Source: Candidatus Latescibacterota bacterium (lineage in GTDB: Bacteria; Latescibacterota; UBA2968). Taken from it: DNA of 64,000 nt. The DNA lies in NCBI GenBank assembly GCA_965207885.1, contig OZ242311.1:5280001-5344000 (forward strand), written 5' to 3'. Under the pieces are notes generated by a model. It did not search any database. It was given only the letters and a program-made list of their open reading frames with translations, and had not been told where the DNA came from. Made by a program: the position numbers and the translations under genes. Positions 1 to 10,474 of the stretch are shown in pieces (position 1 is the first letter of the stretch; every line of letters starts with the position of its first letter).

Positions 1-1
1 T

Positions 2-451
2 ACACAGGAAGAGTCGGATGCGCGGACGATTGTGGTACATCTGGTGCTGAGAAATGTGCTGGATGAGGGTACGCATAAACCAGAAATTCTGGTCGATTTG
101 CTGGATTCCGACAATGTGGCGATGTTTGAAGATTACGATAGCGAGGTATTGATTACGCCCCTGATTGCAAGCCATGTGCTGGCACAGGTTGCGTTGCGTC
201 GAGAGATCAATGTCGTTTATGAAGAGTTGTTTGCCGCTGGCGGTGCAGAGATTTGCTTTCGCCGGGTTTCAGATTACGGCATAGCAGGTCAAAATGTGAA
301 TTTTGGAGAACTCCAGGAGATGTCGGCATGTCGGGACGAAATCGCGCTGGGTATTCGTCAAAACGGCGGGGTTGTGCTCAATCCGACGCCTGATGAGCCA
401 TATATACTGAGTGAATTGGATGATCTTATTGTATTGATTCGGGAGAATTAA
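2..451 (+). CDS. CASTOR/POLLUX-like ion channel, C-terminal RCK region (5' partial)
   Basis: Frame is open from the window edge (TQEESDARTI...). Contains ESDARTI, LAQVA..RE...VYEELF..GG.EI and LNP motifs typical of this family. Confidence 0.7.
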   Translation, partial: TQEESDARTIVVHLVLRNVLDEGTHKPEILVDLLDSDNVAMFEDYDSEVLITPLIASHVLAQVALRREINVVYEELFAAGGAEICFRRVSDYGIAGQNVNFGELQEMSACRDEIALGIRQNGGVVLNPTPDEPYILSELDDLIVLIREN

Positions 452-453
452 GT

Positions 454-1344
454 ATGAATCCCTGGGATAATTTACGCACGGTAATTGAGGAACCACTCGT
501 CTCTTTCGGCGAAATAGAAATAACACCAGCTACTTTGCTGATTGCTACGCTGATCATCCTCATTGCGTATGCGATATCGCGGTTGTTGCAGCGGATGTTG
601 CGGCGCAATGTGTTTGAACAGATACACCTGCATAAAGGTTCGCAGTCGGCTATTTGTCGTCTATTGCACATTATTATCATGTGCATCGGCGTATTTATCG
701 CCATAGAATATACCGGGATTAATCTGACGACATTGGCGGCGGTTAGTGCGGTATTGTTGGTGGGGATTGGTCTGGGGTTGCAAACTATTACCCACAATTT
801 TATCAGCGGACTCATTATGTTATTTGAGCGCCCCGTGCAGGAGGGAGATTTTGTCGAGGTGGGCGGCGTGCAAGGTAGTGTGCAGGCGGTCAATGCATAT
901 AGCACGAAAGTCGAGACCCTGGATAATGTGACGATTATTGTGCCCAATTCAAAATTTCTATCTGAAAATGTCACAAACTGGAGTTTTCAAGAGTCAAAAG
1001 TGCGTATTCACGTGTTGGTGAGGGTGTCTTACGGTGCCGATGTGGAACTGGTCGCAGAGACACTACTGGAAGTGGGGCGGGCGCATCCAGAGGTTTTGTC
1101 CGATCCCGAGCCGCAGATGCAGTTTCTGGGGTTTGGCGATAGTTCGCTGACCTTTGATTTGCTGGTTTGGATGGAGGATCCTACCCGCCAGTATTTTGTG
1201 ATAAGCGATTTGAATTTTGCAATCGTCCGGGCATTTCGAGAGCGGAATATTACGATTCCATTCCCACAGCGAGATTTGCATGTGCGAAGTGCCGTGCCAA
1301 TGAGTGTGGCTGCACACTCGGATGGTAATGCGGAAAAAGAATAG
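454..1344 (+). CDS. Small-conductance mechanosensitive channel (MscS family)
   Basis: Three TM helices, GIGLGLQ..HNFISG..LFERP..GD, IVPNS, NWS and ITIPFPQRDLH motifs. Confidence 0.92.
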   Translation: MNPWDNLRTVIEEPLVSFGEIEITPATLLIATLIILIAYAISRLLQRMLRRNVFEQIHLHKGSQSAICRLLHIIIMCIGVFIAIEYTGINLTTLAAVSAVLLVGIGLGLQTITHNFISGLIMLFERPVQEGDFVEVGGVQGSVQAVNAYSTKVETLDNVTIIVPNSKFLSENVTNWSFQESKVRIHVLVRVSYGADVELVAETLLEVGRAHPEVLSDPEPQMQFLGFGDSSLTFDLLVWMEDPTRQYFVISDLNFAIVRAFRERNITIPFPQRDLHVRSAVPMSVAAHSDGNAEKE

Positions 1345-1345
1345 G

Positions 1346-1534
1346 TCAATACGTAACCTGATGTCTATCTCTCGTAATCAATCGATACCCCAGATACACC
1401 AGCATCACGGGGATTGCGACCTTCAATGCAAAAATCAAAATACTAAAAATCGTTCCAATGAGAGCCATCAGCAAGCAAAATGCAACAAACCCACCGACGA
1501 CCAGCAAGGCGATGCCGAATAATTTTGCCAACAT
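1346..1534 (-). CDS. Small 2-TM membrane protein, probable PspA partner
   Basis: 62-aa hydrophobic ORF starting 2 nt after the pspA stop, with a GAGGAGG RBS inside the pspA 3' end. Confidence 0.7.
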   Translation of the reverse strand: MLAKLFGIALLVVGGFVAFCLLMALIGTIFSILIFALKVAIPVMLVYLGYRLITRDRHQVTY

Positions 1535-1536
1535 AA

Positions 1537-2208
1537 TTACTTCCCCTCCTCAGATTCACTATTCTGTTCTGCACTTTGTTTTATCTTCTCCTTCAACACC
1601 TGCATCTCCGCCTCGACGCGCTGCTTTCGCTCCAGTTGATCAAACTCCTCTTCCAACTGAGCATCGCCCGCCATCTCGGCATAGATCTCAGCAGTCGCTT
1701 CCTCGCGCGCCACATCCCGAACGAACCGATCATAAGCCTCTACACGCGCATCTTGTCGCATCTCCTGCACCACCACCTGTCTGCGAATCGCCAGCGTGCT
1801 TTGTCGCGCGCGGGCAGACGCCAACTTCGCCTTCAGTTCAGCGAGTCGCTGCTTCAGCGTCGCTGTCACCTCTTCTGCTTCCCCCCGCGCTTTTTGCAGT
1901 GTATCGACCGCTTCATCAACTGCCACCTTCTGAAACAGCGCTTTCCGCGCCAGTTCCTCCTCACCGGCATCCACAGCATCCTCTGCCTTGCGCGCCCACA
2001 AAGCCGACTCTTCCCGCTTCTGTGCAATCCGACGCGCCAGCAACTTCTCACTGGCCATCGCCTGTGCCACAGCAACCACCGCATCATCCAGCGCGTCCTC
2101 CATATCCCGAACCATTTGCCGCACCATCTTCTTTGGATCCTCTATCTTATTCAGAACATCGTCAACCTCAGCGCGGACCACATTGCTTATTCTTGAAAAA
2201 GTACCCAT
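1537..2208 (-). CDS. pspA: PspA/IM30 family phage shock protein
   Basis: MGTFSRISNVVRA amphipathic start, EDP.KM..Q...DME and GEEELARKAL motifs, coiled coil, AGGAG RBS. Confidence 0.92.
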   Translation of the reverse strand: MGTFSRISNVVRAEVDDVLNKIEDPKKMVRQMVRDMEDALDDAVVAVAQAMASEKLLARRIAQKREESALWARKAEDAVDAGEEELARKALFQKVAVDEAVDTLQKARGEAEEVTATLKQRLAELKAKLASARARQSTLAIRRQVVVQEMRQDARVEAYDRFVRDVAREEATAEIYAEMAGDAQLEEEFDQLERKQRVEAEMQVLKEKIKQSAEQNSESEEGK

Positions 2209-2260
2209 GCTATATCTCCTTTTAGTTTTTGGTTATCGATCATATGCACATCTACCTATC

Positions 2261-2276
2261 TGCAATATCTGTGCCA
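2261..2276 (-). promoter_or_regulatory. Sigma54 (-24/-12) promoter of pspA
   Basis: Minus strand reads TGGCAC-AGATA-TTGCA, an exact consensus, about 50 nt upstream of the pspA ATG. pspA is classically sigma54-dependent. Confidence 0.85.
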
Positions 2277-2410
2277 AAACATCTTTCAGATTCTATCTTG
2301 TTGTTTTTTATATAAATAAAGATTTTAAGACACAAAAAAATCGCCTGATATTGGTGATAAAGACCAATGCAGGCGGTTAAATACACCGATAAAGGCGGTA
2401 ATCAAAATAA

Positions 2411-2442
2411 AAAAGGCTGCGATCTTTCGACCGCAGCCTTTT
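2411..2442 (-). terminator. Intrinsic terminator after the PorV-like gene
   Basis: AAAAGGCTGCG...CGCAGCCTTTT hairpin with T tracts on both strands. Confidence 0.8.
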
Positions 2443-2466
2443 GTGTATCTGGTGGGAGAGCTTCAC

Positions 2467-3483
2467 TTAGAAGCCGACGCCAACAGAGACGCGAATGGGA
2501 TATTCATCAAGTGCCTCAGCCCTTGAATACGAAACATCCACACCCACACTCTGGTCGCCCAACTTCTGGCGCAAGCCTGCACCCACTGTCCACGATTCGG
2601 AATCATAACCGATCTTGTAACCACCACGCAACGCCAGCATGTTCTGAACCCATGCTTCCGCGCCAAAGTGATAACGGTTGATCGAATCCGTGAAGAACAT
2701 CTGTTCAACTGCTATCGTGAGCGACAGCGGATCGCCCAGATTCCCATAGACTTCAGCAGCACCCGACAGATTGAACACCATCGGGAAACGCGCTTTCTGA
2801 CCAATCACGTCCTGGTCGCCGCCCAGGTTGCGCATCGACATACCCAGACGCGTGGAATAGAAACCTGTGTAAAAGAGCGTACCAAAATCTATGTCATAAG
2901 ACGAATACGACTGCAAATCCAGATCTTCCTGGACCCAGCGCAGATTACCACCCACACTCAACTTATCCGTCACCTGCTTGGCAATGGTCAACCCAACAGC
3001 CATATCGCCCGCTGTGGCCATACGTCCCGTGCCACCAGGTTGAGAAGAGGTGGTCTCTTCAAACTCATCTGTGGTAAAATACGCAAAGTTGACTGCAAAG
3101 GTCGCCACATTCGTCTTGGCACCAATGGCAAACGTGCCCATTGAGGACCCCACAATCCACTTGAGATAAGAAGCTGTCAGCGCATAACGCTCGATCTGTG
3201 TTGCACCAGCGGGATTGTAAAAGACCGCCGACAGATCATTGCCAACAGACGTATACGCATCGCCCATACCTGCTGAGCGCGCATTGCCCGTCAGCTTCAA
3301 GAAACCATAAGACGTCGTCGTCACACGCGCATACTTAATCAGATCCGTTTCAGGGGGGACGCGCGTCCTATCTACTGGAAAAGGTCCTAATGAAGCCTGG
3401 GTCGGCCGCTCTTCCTGAGCCTGTGCATACATCGGCAGGGCAAGGACAACAGCCAGACCGAAAAGCAGAGCTTTCTTCAACAT
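2467..3483 (-). CDS. PorV/PorQ family outer-membrane beta-barrel
   Basis: Signal peptide, FLKL..NARSAGMGDA and ND.SAVFYNPAG motifs, C-terminal Phe. Confidence 0.85.
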   Translation of the reverse strand: MLKKALLFGLAVVLALPMYAQAQEERPTQASLGPFPVDRTRVPPETDLIKYARVTTTSYGFLKLTGNARSAGMGDAYTSVGNDLSAVFYNPAGATQIERYALTASYLKWIVGSSMGTFAIGAKTNVATFAVNFAYFTTDEFEETTSSQPGGTGRMATAGDMAVGLTIAKQVTDKLSVGGNLRWVQEDLDLQSYSSYDIDFGTLFYTGFYSTRLGMSMRNLGGDQDVIGQKARFPMVFNLSGAAEVYGNLGDPLSLTIAVEQMFFTDSINRYHFGAEAWVQNMLALRGGYKIGYDSESWTVGAGLRQKLGDQSVGVDVSYSRAEALDEYPIRVSVGVGF

Positions 3484-3513
3484 TGTCTTTCTCCTTTCTA
3501 TTGGCCTTGCGCC

Positions 3514-6171
3514 TTACTTGATGATCACAAAAGTGCCAGTTTGCGTTTTGCCTTCTGAACCCGGCATCAGAGACGTAACCTTCCAGAAGTAAATACCCGG
3601 GAACATCGCCTCACCAAAGTTAGACGGACGATTCTCCGCAAGCTGGATATACGTCACTTCGCCCCTCAGAGGATCATGATTGTAGAAGGTCCAGACTCTC
3701 TGACCCGTCACATCGTAAAGGTCGATCTGGCAGCGACCCGGCAGATTCGTAAACCGCATATTCTGCTGACGGTTATACGTATGCAAATCGCTATCCACCT
3801 TAAACGGATTGGGAACCACGCGAACCTGCTCTTCGAGGCGATCAAACACCGCTGCACCCGGAACCACGGGAACAATACCCGAGCGAGAACCATACACAGC
3901 ACCCAAAGAGGTGTTCTGCGCGGCTTCAAGGGCATCGACGCTGCTCACGCCATTCCAATCACCGTGACCAGAGTCATACAGACGCACACTGTACCAGTTG
4001 GGGAAGCCAGCGTTCGTGCCCTGATCGTCAAACAGGTACGTGCCGGGAATTTCGGGACCAGCAGCGGGATTGAGAGCACCATGCTCACCAACATCAGCGT
4101 ACTGGTTGGTTGTAAGTGGAATACCCGTTGGCCAGGAACCGCTCTTAACCGTTGTCCACGTACGAGAAGGTTCATACGAGACACCCGTGGGCAAATTGCC
4201 TGCACGCGCATCCTCGAATGAAAACTCCGTCACATACTCCCACTCGCCCTGATATTCCACATTGGAGCGATAGATGCGATATCCGCGCAAATCCTGTGCC
4301 TCGGCGCCAGAATAATCTGGATCCATGGCTTCTTCGCCAAAGACACTCCACCGAATCTGCGTCTTACCCTGAAGGTTGGAATCCCACGCCACCTTGGTAT
4401 TGGGCGGCTGGTTGGGTAGATCATAACCCCAATTATACCACTTAATGGCATTCTCAAAGTGATCGAACATTACATCTTCACCGAGGGGAATCTCCGGCTG
4501 GCGATCCGCCAACTTCGTAGCCTCAGACCCCCTGCCACCGTAGTGGTTCATCCAGCCCATATTAAAGGGCTGAGCATACTTCTTGTAATCGGCATACTTG
4601 GCGTGATCTGCTGCTAATCCCACCACATAGGCGACCACCACTTTGGCCTTCTCACCTGGTGCCAGCGTGTAAGGACCATAAGACACCAGCGTGGTATAAT
4701 GCCCGGGGGTTCCATTTTCAGCGGTATAACCGCCATTGGCTACTGCGTCGTAAATCTGACCATCGCCCGCACGGTCTGGCGAGGGATAGTCAAAGTCACT
4801 CCGCGAGCGATAGCCGTGGAAGAGCACGGAAGCGGGCTGCTGCATGCTCTCATCGTGCCCTGTGGCCGGATTGTCGTGTGGTGCCACATACATCGCATCA
4901 TCCACGCCGCCATAGCGCATAAACGGCGGGAAGGCATCCACTGTACCCAGGCCAAAATACTGACCGTGCTGAATCATCCCTTCGCGCACCCAGGTCTGCT
5001 CGCGGGTATAGCGCTCACGGGCGATAGAATAGCGATAGGGATCGCCAATGTCATTGATCAGATTGGAAATATGATCGGAGTCCCCATCGTGGTAATAGGT
5101 CATAAAATGACCATCATTGGCAAGATCAACACCCCGCTGCAAACCAGCAGACCTGCCAAGCGCAGAGGTGTAATCCCCACGGCTGACGCCGTTGAGATAA
5201 TTGGCTGCCAATGTGTTGCGATAATAATCGTCGCGCGTGTAATCGCGCGGGTGATTCCACGAAGTCTGCCGCCAGCCAGAAGCCTGACCCGCGTGGAAGC
5301 GGTTGGCAAAGGTAATATAAACACCCTCGGCCGTCGAACCCGAATTATTTACCACTTCGTTGTCAACGACAAAATACTCATCGTGATCCGGATGCGCCGT
5401 TGAAAACCACTTGCGCGTCCATTCCAGACCCGTGGCAGAAGAACCGCCTTCTTGAATACCGATCATCTCGGGAAAATCATCGTCGGACAGCGACTCTACC
5501 CACGAAGGCGCGCTGTATTGCGGCAATTCCCCAGAACCAATGCGGTTAGCAAAAGGCTCATTGCTGTTGTAGCGACCAAAACGGAAGTTCCAGACCACAA
5601 CTGCCCTATTCGTTCCAGGCGTTACCGGAGCAACGCCGTGGGCTTCGGGCCACCAGTTGGTTATGCGGTCGGCAACCGTAGATCCCGCGATATAGGGTGC
5701 ATCGCGACCACTATCTCTGCGAATCGCCATTGCCCAGGACCCATCTTCTACAACGCCTACATAGGCTTCGGGCATCTGCGTCATATCGTGGGGACGACCA
5801 ATCAGGTCTGAAGACGTAATACGCGGACCAGCATACGTACCGTGTGGGCTGCCACCCGTATTGGAAAGCACCCAGAAACCTTCACCACCTGTATTTGACT
5901 TGGCATTCCAGCCTTCGCGCTCAGAACCGCCCGAATACACCTTGATATTGCGGCCTTGAGGATACGAAAACGAAGACTGTGCCAGCTTTGTCTCGTTGTC
6001 TTTCTTTCCCGTCATGCCCGGGTTGTGGAGCGTGTGACCGATCTGACCCCGGGACATCGAGATTCTGGCATTGCCGGGCCATTGAGCCTGAGCCTGTGTG
6101 ACCAGACCCGCCAGGCACATGCCAACTCCGGCGAAAAATCCGGAAGCGTAAAACCAGAGCTTTTTGGACAT
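3514..6171 (-). CDS. Large secreted protein with a T9SS/FlgD-like C-terminal sorting domain
   Basis: Signal peptide, DLRGYRIYRS FN3-like segment, C-terminal VRVVPNPF...RFTNLP...GIYFW...FVIIK. Confidence 0.75.
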   Translation of the reverse strand: MSKKLWFYASGFFAGVGMCLAGLVTQAQAQWPGNARISMSRGQIGHTLHNPGMTGKKDNETKLAQSSFSYPQGRNIKVYSGGSEREGWNAKSNTGGEGFWVLSNTGGSPHGTYAGPRITSSDLIGRPHDMTQMPEAYVGVVEDGSWAMAIRRDSGRDAPYIAGSTVADRITNWWPEAHGVAPVTPGTNRAVVVWNFRFGRYNSNEPFANRIGSGELPQYSAPSWVESLSDDDFPEMIGIQEGGSSATGLEWTRKWFSTAHPDHDEYFVVDNEVVNNSGSTAEGVYITFANRFHAGQASGWRQTSWNHPRDYTRDDYYRNTLAANYLNGVSRGDYTSALGRSAGLQRGVDLANDGHFMTYYHDGDSDHISNLINDIGDPYRYSIARERYTREQTWVREGMIQHGQYFGLGTVDAFPPFMRYGGVDDAMYVAPHDNPATGHDESMQQPASVLFHGYRSRSDFDYPSPDRAGDGQIYDAVANGGYTAENGTPGHYTTLVSYGPYTLAPGEKAKVVVAYVVGLAADHAKYADYKKYAQPFNMGWMNHYGGRGSEATKLADRQPEIPLGEDVMFDHFENAIKWYNWGYDLPNQPPNTKVAWDSNLQGKTQIRWSVFGEEAMDPDYSGAEAQDLRGYRIYRSNVEYQGEWEYVTEFSFEDARAGNLPTGVSYEPSRTWTTVKSGSWPTGIPLTTNQYADVGEHGALNPAAGPEIPGTYLFDDQGTNAGFPNWYSVRLYDSGHGDWNGVSSVDALEAAQNTSLGAVYGSRSGIVPVVPGAAVFDRLEEQVRVVPNPFKVDSDLHTYNRQQNMRFTNLPGRCQIDLYDVTGQRVWTFYNHDPLRGEVTYIQLAENRPSNFGEAMFPGIYFWKVTSLMPGSEGKTQTGTFVIIK

Positions 6172-6412
6172 GGATACTGCTCCTCTATGGAGTGATTGAT
6201 GACATCTTTACTACTTGCGATCTACTGCGTTTCCCCGGCGACTTCAAGCGAAAATATGTATCATCCCTCCTCTCTGCGTGAAGCCGGCGGTGTGCAGGCG
6301 CCCCTGCACACCACTCAAATTCTCAGTTTTATAGTACAATATAAACCAATAATTGGGATTAAAAGTTCCCGGTTTTTTTAGAAGGGCGCAAAATACCGCG
6401 CCCTTCCGCGAT

Positions 6413-9400
6413 CTACCACTTAATGCGCAAGCTGAAATTCATCTCGCGCGGAGAATCCCAATAGTTGCCGATATCGTTGATTTCCGGTGCTTGCAGACCC
6501 AGCGCAACAATATCGACATTGGTAGGCTCTAAGCCCATGATACCATACTTCTGATAGCGGTCGGAATCCCAATCTTCTGGAACCCCGCCAAGGCTATTCT
6601 GGCGCCAGTCCTTCTGATTGAACAAATTGTAGATCTCCACAGCCACGGTTATGTTCACGCCCGACATATTGCCAAATACCTTCTCGGCATTGAAGTCCGC
6701 ACGCGTATGGAGGGGACCCTGACGGAATCCCTGAATACCACCCGTGCTATACGTAAACCTGTTACCCGCGTAGAGATAATACACCAGATTGGAGCGAATA
6801 TTGCCCAGTGCTTTGCCCCCAAAAGGACCGTAGTTCGCCGGCGTGGCAAACAAGAACGTAATCGAACCGAAACTGCGGCGGTCAGCGGTCAGCGGAGCGC
6901 GCTCGCCCGATTCCTGGTTGTGCGCCACCGACAGGGTGCCTTCGCCACTTCCCGGATTGCCGGGATGGTTGCCAGCGCGTTCCCAAAATTCTCTGTCTCC
7001 ATCGTCGTAATGGCCCAGACTCGTACGGGCTTCATTGGCGACAAACTGCGCGCCCTCTGCCGAATAGTGCGAATACCACGGAATCCACGACCACGCACCA
7101 CCTCTGCCGTCGAAATTCAATATTCGGGTATGTTGAGACCGCAAATAAATATTCGCCTGTCTTCCATACGCCTCAATGTAGTGATCCTCGGGTAACCCTT
7201 CGCGACGGGCTTTTTCCCGCAGTGATACGGGCGTCTCTACGCCCGTCGTAGGATCGACATCCCAGGTGTTAAAGTAGTACCCACTGGCTACGAACTGAGA
7301 GTCTGGCCATACATCGCGGCGGTGCGCGCTATTGCGACCTCCGTCTGCCCACTGCAGGTTGTAGCCCACATTGAACGAGAACATGTTCGAGAATTTCTTC
7401 CGCAAATTGATCTCGAAACCGCGAACATCGCGCCAATTGCCCGGCCCATGGCCTTGAACACCCGTCACATACTGATGGCCTCCTGGATCAATCCACTGCT
7501 GTGAGGCGCTTCTGATCTCATTGCCCGACGCCTTGTAATAAGTCGTCAGCCCGAGCACGTAATCACCCACAAAGTTCCAGTCCAGACCCACCTCAAAAGA
7601 AGTGGTTTCTTCGGGAGGCAAATACGGAGTGCCGTGCCGTGAGCCAGAGTCATTGAACTCGTTGAACTGTTCGCCGGGATCGATCGAACCATTGCCATTC
7701 AGATCCCTATCCACGGCCTCATTGGACGTGAACTCGTTCATGAACATTTCGTGGAATTGCGGGCGCTGCACAAACCGACCGTAGAAAAAGCGCACGAGGC
7801 TCTTTTCCGTAATCGGGTGCGACACGCCAATGCGAGGCTGAACTGCTTTGATCGTGGGTCCCTTGGTTGTGGGAATATAGGCGGAACGCGTCATGCCATT
7901 CCAGGGCGCCTTAGCACCGTACCAGGCATCGGAGTCTTTGATATAGGTGTTCGGGAAGAAAATCTCGCCCCTCATGCCCGCATTCACAATCATCCCCTCA
8001 AACTCGATCTTGTCCTGAATATAGACACCAAAGTCAAGGGGATTGAGGCCCACATTGTTTCCACTGGGCCAGAATGCCGTATCTGTATAGTTCTGGGAGA
8101 ACCAGCGCAAACGACGGTGCGTGGGACCATTTGACCACCGCTGCTGATACCAGTTGTTGTAGCGAATCACTTCCACGCCGGCTTTCACAAAGTTCTGCTT
8201 GTTCACCTGGCTGGAAAGATCTGCCTTAAAGCTCACCCGGTTGTAGCTATACATGCTCCAGTTGTGCGTTTCGCGGTAAATCGTGTAGTGCCCTGCCGCA
8301 TCCTTCACACTCGAAGACGTCAGTTTATCATCTACGATAAAGTGGCGATGAAAGCCCGTGGTGTCGCGGTCCGTCGTCGAATAGCCCAGATTTACTTCGT
8401 AAAAAGTCTTGGGAGACAGGGAATGCGTCACAGCACCGTAAAACAACGCATCTGTGGTAACGAGGTTACCCGTTGGATTTACGACGTGTAAAAAGATATT
8501 TTTTCCACTGTTGCGCAAATCCAATCTGCCGCCATCGCTCGGGCCACCAAAGGTCCCTTCACTGCTATTGTAAATCCCCCCTGCTCGCAACTTCAAGCTG
8601 GGAGACGCAGAAAATGTCAACTTCGCCGTATTGCGCGTATTCCGGGGCGTGGTCAAATTGGCATTCAACAATGCCGCAGGCTCTTTGCGCCAGACCGTAC
8701 TGGCAAAAAATGTCATGTCCTGACTCAGAGGACCCGCGATATTGCCATCGATGCGATGCCCCATTTTGCCCGTGTAGTCCAGACGCTTGTGCGCCTGCAC
8801 GATATCGTTGGAACCATCGCCATCGAGGTCAGCGGGGATCTCGATCTGCTCTGCAACCCAGTCGGCATTATCCCACCTGTTATTGCCCCGGTGCATGGGC
8901 GAATCGTACACATTTGCACCCCAGTGCTTCTGTCCCGAAGGTGTGAATCGATAGTCCAGCATACCGCTGTATGACGAACCACCATCGCGCGTCACCATCG
9001 AAACCACACCACCCTGGGCATTGCCATACTCGGCGTTGTAACCGCCCGTAATCACCTGGAGTTCCTGAACCGCACTCTTGTTCAGGCTTCGTCCAATACC
9101 CGTGCGAGAACCATAGGAGTCAGTCGTTGAAATGCGAACGCCATCCACGATGTATGCCACATGGTCGCGGTCGCCGCCGCGAATCATAATCTCATCGCCT
9201 TCGGCATCGACGGAAACACCAGCCTGAAGCTCGATGAAATCACCCATATCGCGCACGATGGGTACGGCTTCGAGATCCTCGGCACTCATAATATACTTAC
9301 TCGTCGTCTTATCCGGCTCAACGGGCGGGCGCTCTGCAATCACCGTGATTTCGCCCAATTCCAGAGCTGCCTCTCGAATCTGGAAATCAACCGTCGTCGT

Positions 9401-9688
9401 CAAGTCAGTTTGAACCCTGATGTCGGTCTGACGCTGTGCATCATAACCCACTAACGAGGCCGTCATCGCATACGTGCCGGGATCGACGAGCAAAATGACA
9501 AAAAAGCCATCGGGATCGGTGACTGCACCGCGCTGTGTGCCTTCAATCACCACATTGGCACCCGGCAATACCTCACCCGTCTGCGCGTCGCGCACTGTCC
9601 CCTGCACTTTTCCCGTTGTCGCGGCATGTGAAACACCCGCGCTAACAAGCAAGGACAGCACAACTATTGAAAGTATCTTTCGCATCAA
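6413..9688 (-). CDS. TonB-dependent receptor with an N-terminal carboxypeptidase-regulatory-like domain
   Basis: GKVQGTVRDAQTGEVLPGANV, IRGG...YIVDG, TGGYNAEYGNAQGGVV and QPRIGVSHPI motifs, terminal Trp. Confidence 0.9.
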   Translation of the reverse strand: MMRKILSIVVLSLLVSAGVSHAATTGKVQGTVRDAQTGEVLPGANVVIEGTQRGAVTDPDGFFVILLVDPGTYAMTASLVGYDAQRQTDIRVQTDLTTTVDFQIREAALELGEITVIAERPPVEPDKTTSKYIMSAEDLEAVPIVRDMGDFIELQAGVSVDAEGDEIMIRGGDRDHVAYIVDGVRISTTDSYGSRTGIGRSLNKSAVQELQVITGGYNAEYGNAQGGVVSMVTRDGGSSYSGMLDYRFTPSGQKHWGANVYDSPMHRGNNRWDNADWVAEQIEIPADLDGDGSNDIVQAHKRLDYTGKMGHRIDGNIAGPLSQDMTFFASTVWRKEPAALLNANLTTPRNTRNTAKLTFSASPSLKLRAGGIYNSSEGTFGGPSDGGRLDLRNSGKNIFLHVVNPTGNLVTTDALFYGAVTHSLSPKTFYEVNLGYSTTDRDTTGFHRHFIVDDKLTSSSVKDAAGHYTIYRETHNWSMYSYNRVSFKADLSSQVNKQNFVKAGVEVIRYNNWYQQRWSNGPTHRRLRWFSQNYTDTAFWPSGNNVGLNPLDFGVYIQDKIEFEGMIVNAGMRGEIFFPNTYIKDSDAWYGAKAPWNGMTRSAYIPTTKGPTIKAVQPRIGVSHPITEKSLVRFFYGRFVQRPQFHEMFMNEFTSNEAVDRDLNGNGSIDPGEQFNEFNDSGSRHGTPYLPPEETTSFEVGLDWNFVGDYVLGLTTYYKASGNEIRSASQQWIDPGGHQYVTGVQGHGPGNWRDVRGFEINLRKKFSNMFSFNVGYNLQWADGGRNSAHRRDVWPDSQFVASGYYFNTWDVDPTTGVETPVSLREKARREGLPEDHYIEAYGRQANIYLRSQHTRILNFDGRGGAWSWIPWYSHYSAEGAQFVANEARTSLGHYDDGDREFWERAGNHPGNPGSGEGTLSVAHNQESGERAPLTADRRSFGSITFLFATPANYGPFGGKALGNIRSNLVYYLYAGNRFTYSTGGIQGFRQGPLHTRADFNAEKVFGNMSGVNITVAVEIYNLFNQKDWRQNSLGGVPEDWDSDRYQKYGIMGLEPTNVDIVALGLQAPEINDIGNYWDSPREMNFSLRIKW

Positions 9689-9700
9689 TTTTTACCTCCT

Positions 9701-10474
9701 TTAATCCCAGAAATAGAATTTGAACCCGGCACTCAGATCAAACATCTGAAGCGGAAATGCCTTGTCCAAGCCCCATGCATCTCGAGGGCGGAGTTCGCCG
9801 AGAATAAAATGATACCGCGCACGCACATCCAGCGCGATCGTCTGCGTCACATGCGCTTCCAGCCCCAACCCCAACACCGCGGTCACGGCCGTGCGCGTAT
9901 CTTCCTGGCGGTCCATCACCACCTGGGGCAAAATATCGCCCTGGGCATCCACATTCGTCGCATCTACACCGCTGGCATCGGTCGGACTCTGACCGGGCCA
10001 AACGATATTTTCTGCTATGGTCTTGTGATCGTACACACCGCCACCCGCAACGATATAAGGCGAAAAACTCCCCTCATCCATTGAACGGTCCGCATTAAAA
10101 AACCACAACCCGGACAATAGCACACTATTAAAGCGATTCGTGTGCGAACTATTCGGGTTGATATCTTTGCTGCTATATTGCTTGGCTGTCAAAGCCTTGG
10201 GGGACCAGGTAAACTCACCGGATTCCAGAGCGCCACCATCCATCTGAGTGTGGTGAAACTCGGCTTCAACGGTCAGGCGAGAGCTACTCACGCGACTGGC
10301 TGTAAGCCCCCATTTATCCACACCACTCCCAAACCGCTCACCAAAGGTGAACAGGGGATTGGTATAGCTGACAAACCCGCCCAGGCCCCACTTACCGGCA
10401 ACCTGAGCCGAAGACATGCTTGCCGAAGCTAGTACACCTGCAACGACAAAACCTAAAACTTTAAACCATCTCAA
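9701..10474 (-). CDS. Outer-membrane beta-barrel protein (OmpA/OmpW-like)
   Basis: Signal peptide, SPYIVAGGG, LGLGLE and alternating beta pattern, ends GFKFYFWD. AGGAGGT RBS with a TTG start. Confidence 0.75.
   Translation of the reverse strand: MRWFKVLGFVVAGVLASASMSSAQVAGKWGLGGFVSYTNPLFTFGERFGSGVDKWGLTASRVSSSRLTVEAEFHHTQMDGGALESGEFTWSPKALTAKQYSSKDINPNSSHTNRFNSVLLSGLWFFNADRSMDEGSFSPYIVAGGGVYDHKTIAENIVWPGQSPTDASGVDATNVDAQGDILPQVVMDRQEDTRTAVTAVLGLGLEAHVTQTIALDVRARYHFILGELRPRDAWGLDKAFPLQMFDLSAGFKFYFWD

Noticed and set aside
1458-2380. Long plus-strand ORFs opposite pspA, and similar antisense ORFs throughout the window
   Set aside because: They are shadow frames of well-supported genes, with Pro/Arg/His-biased composition and no motifs.
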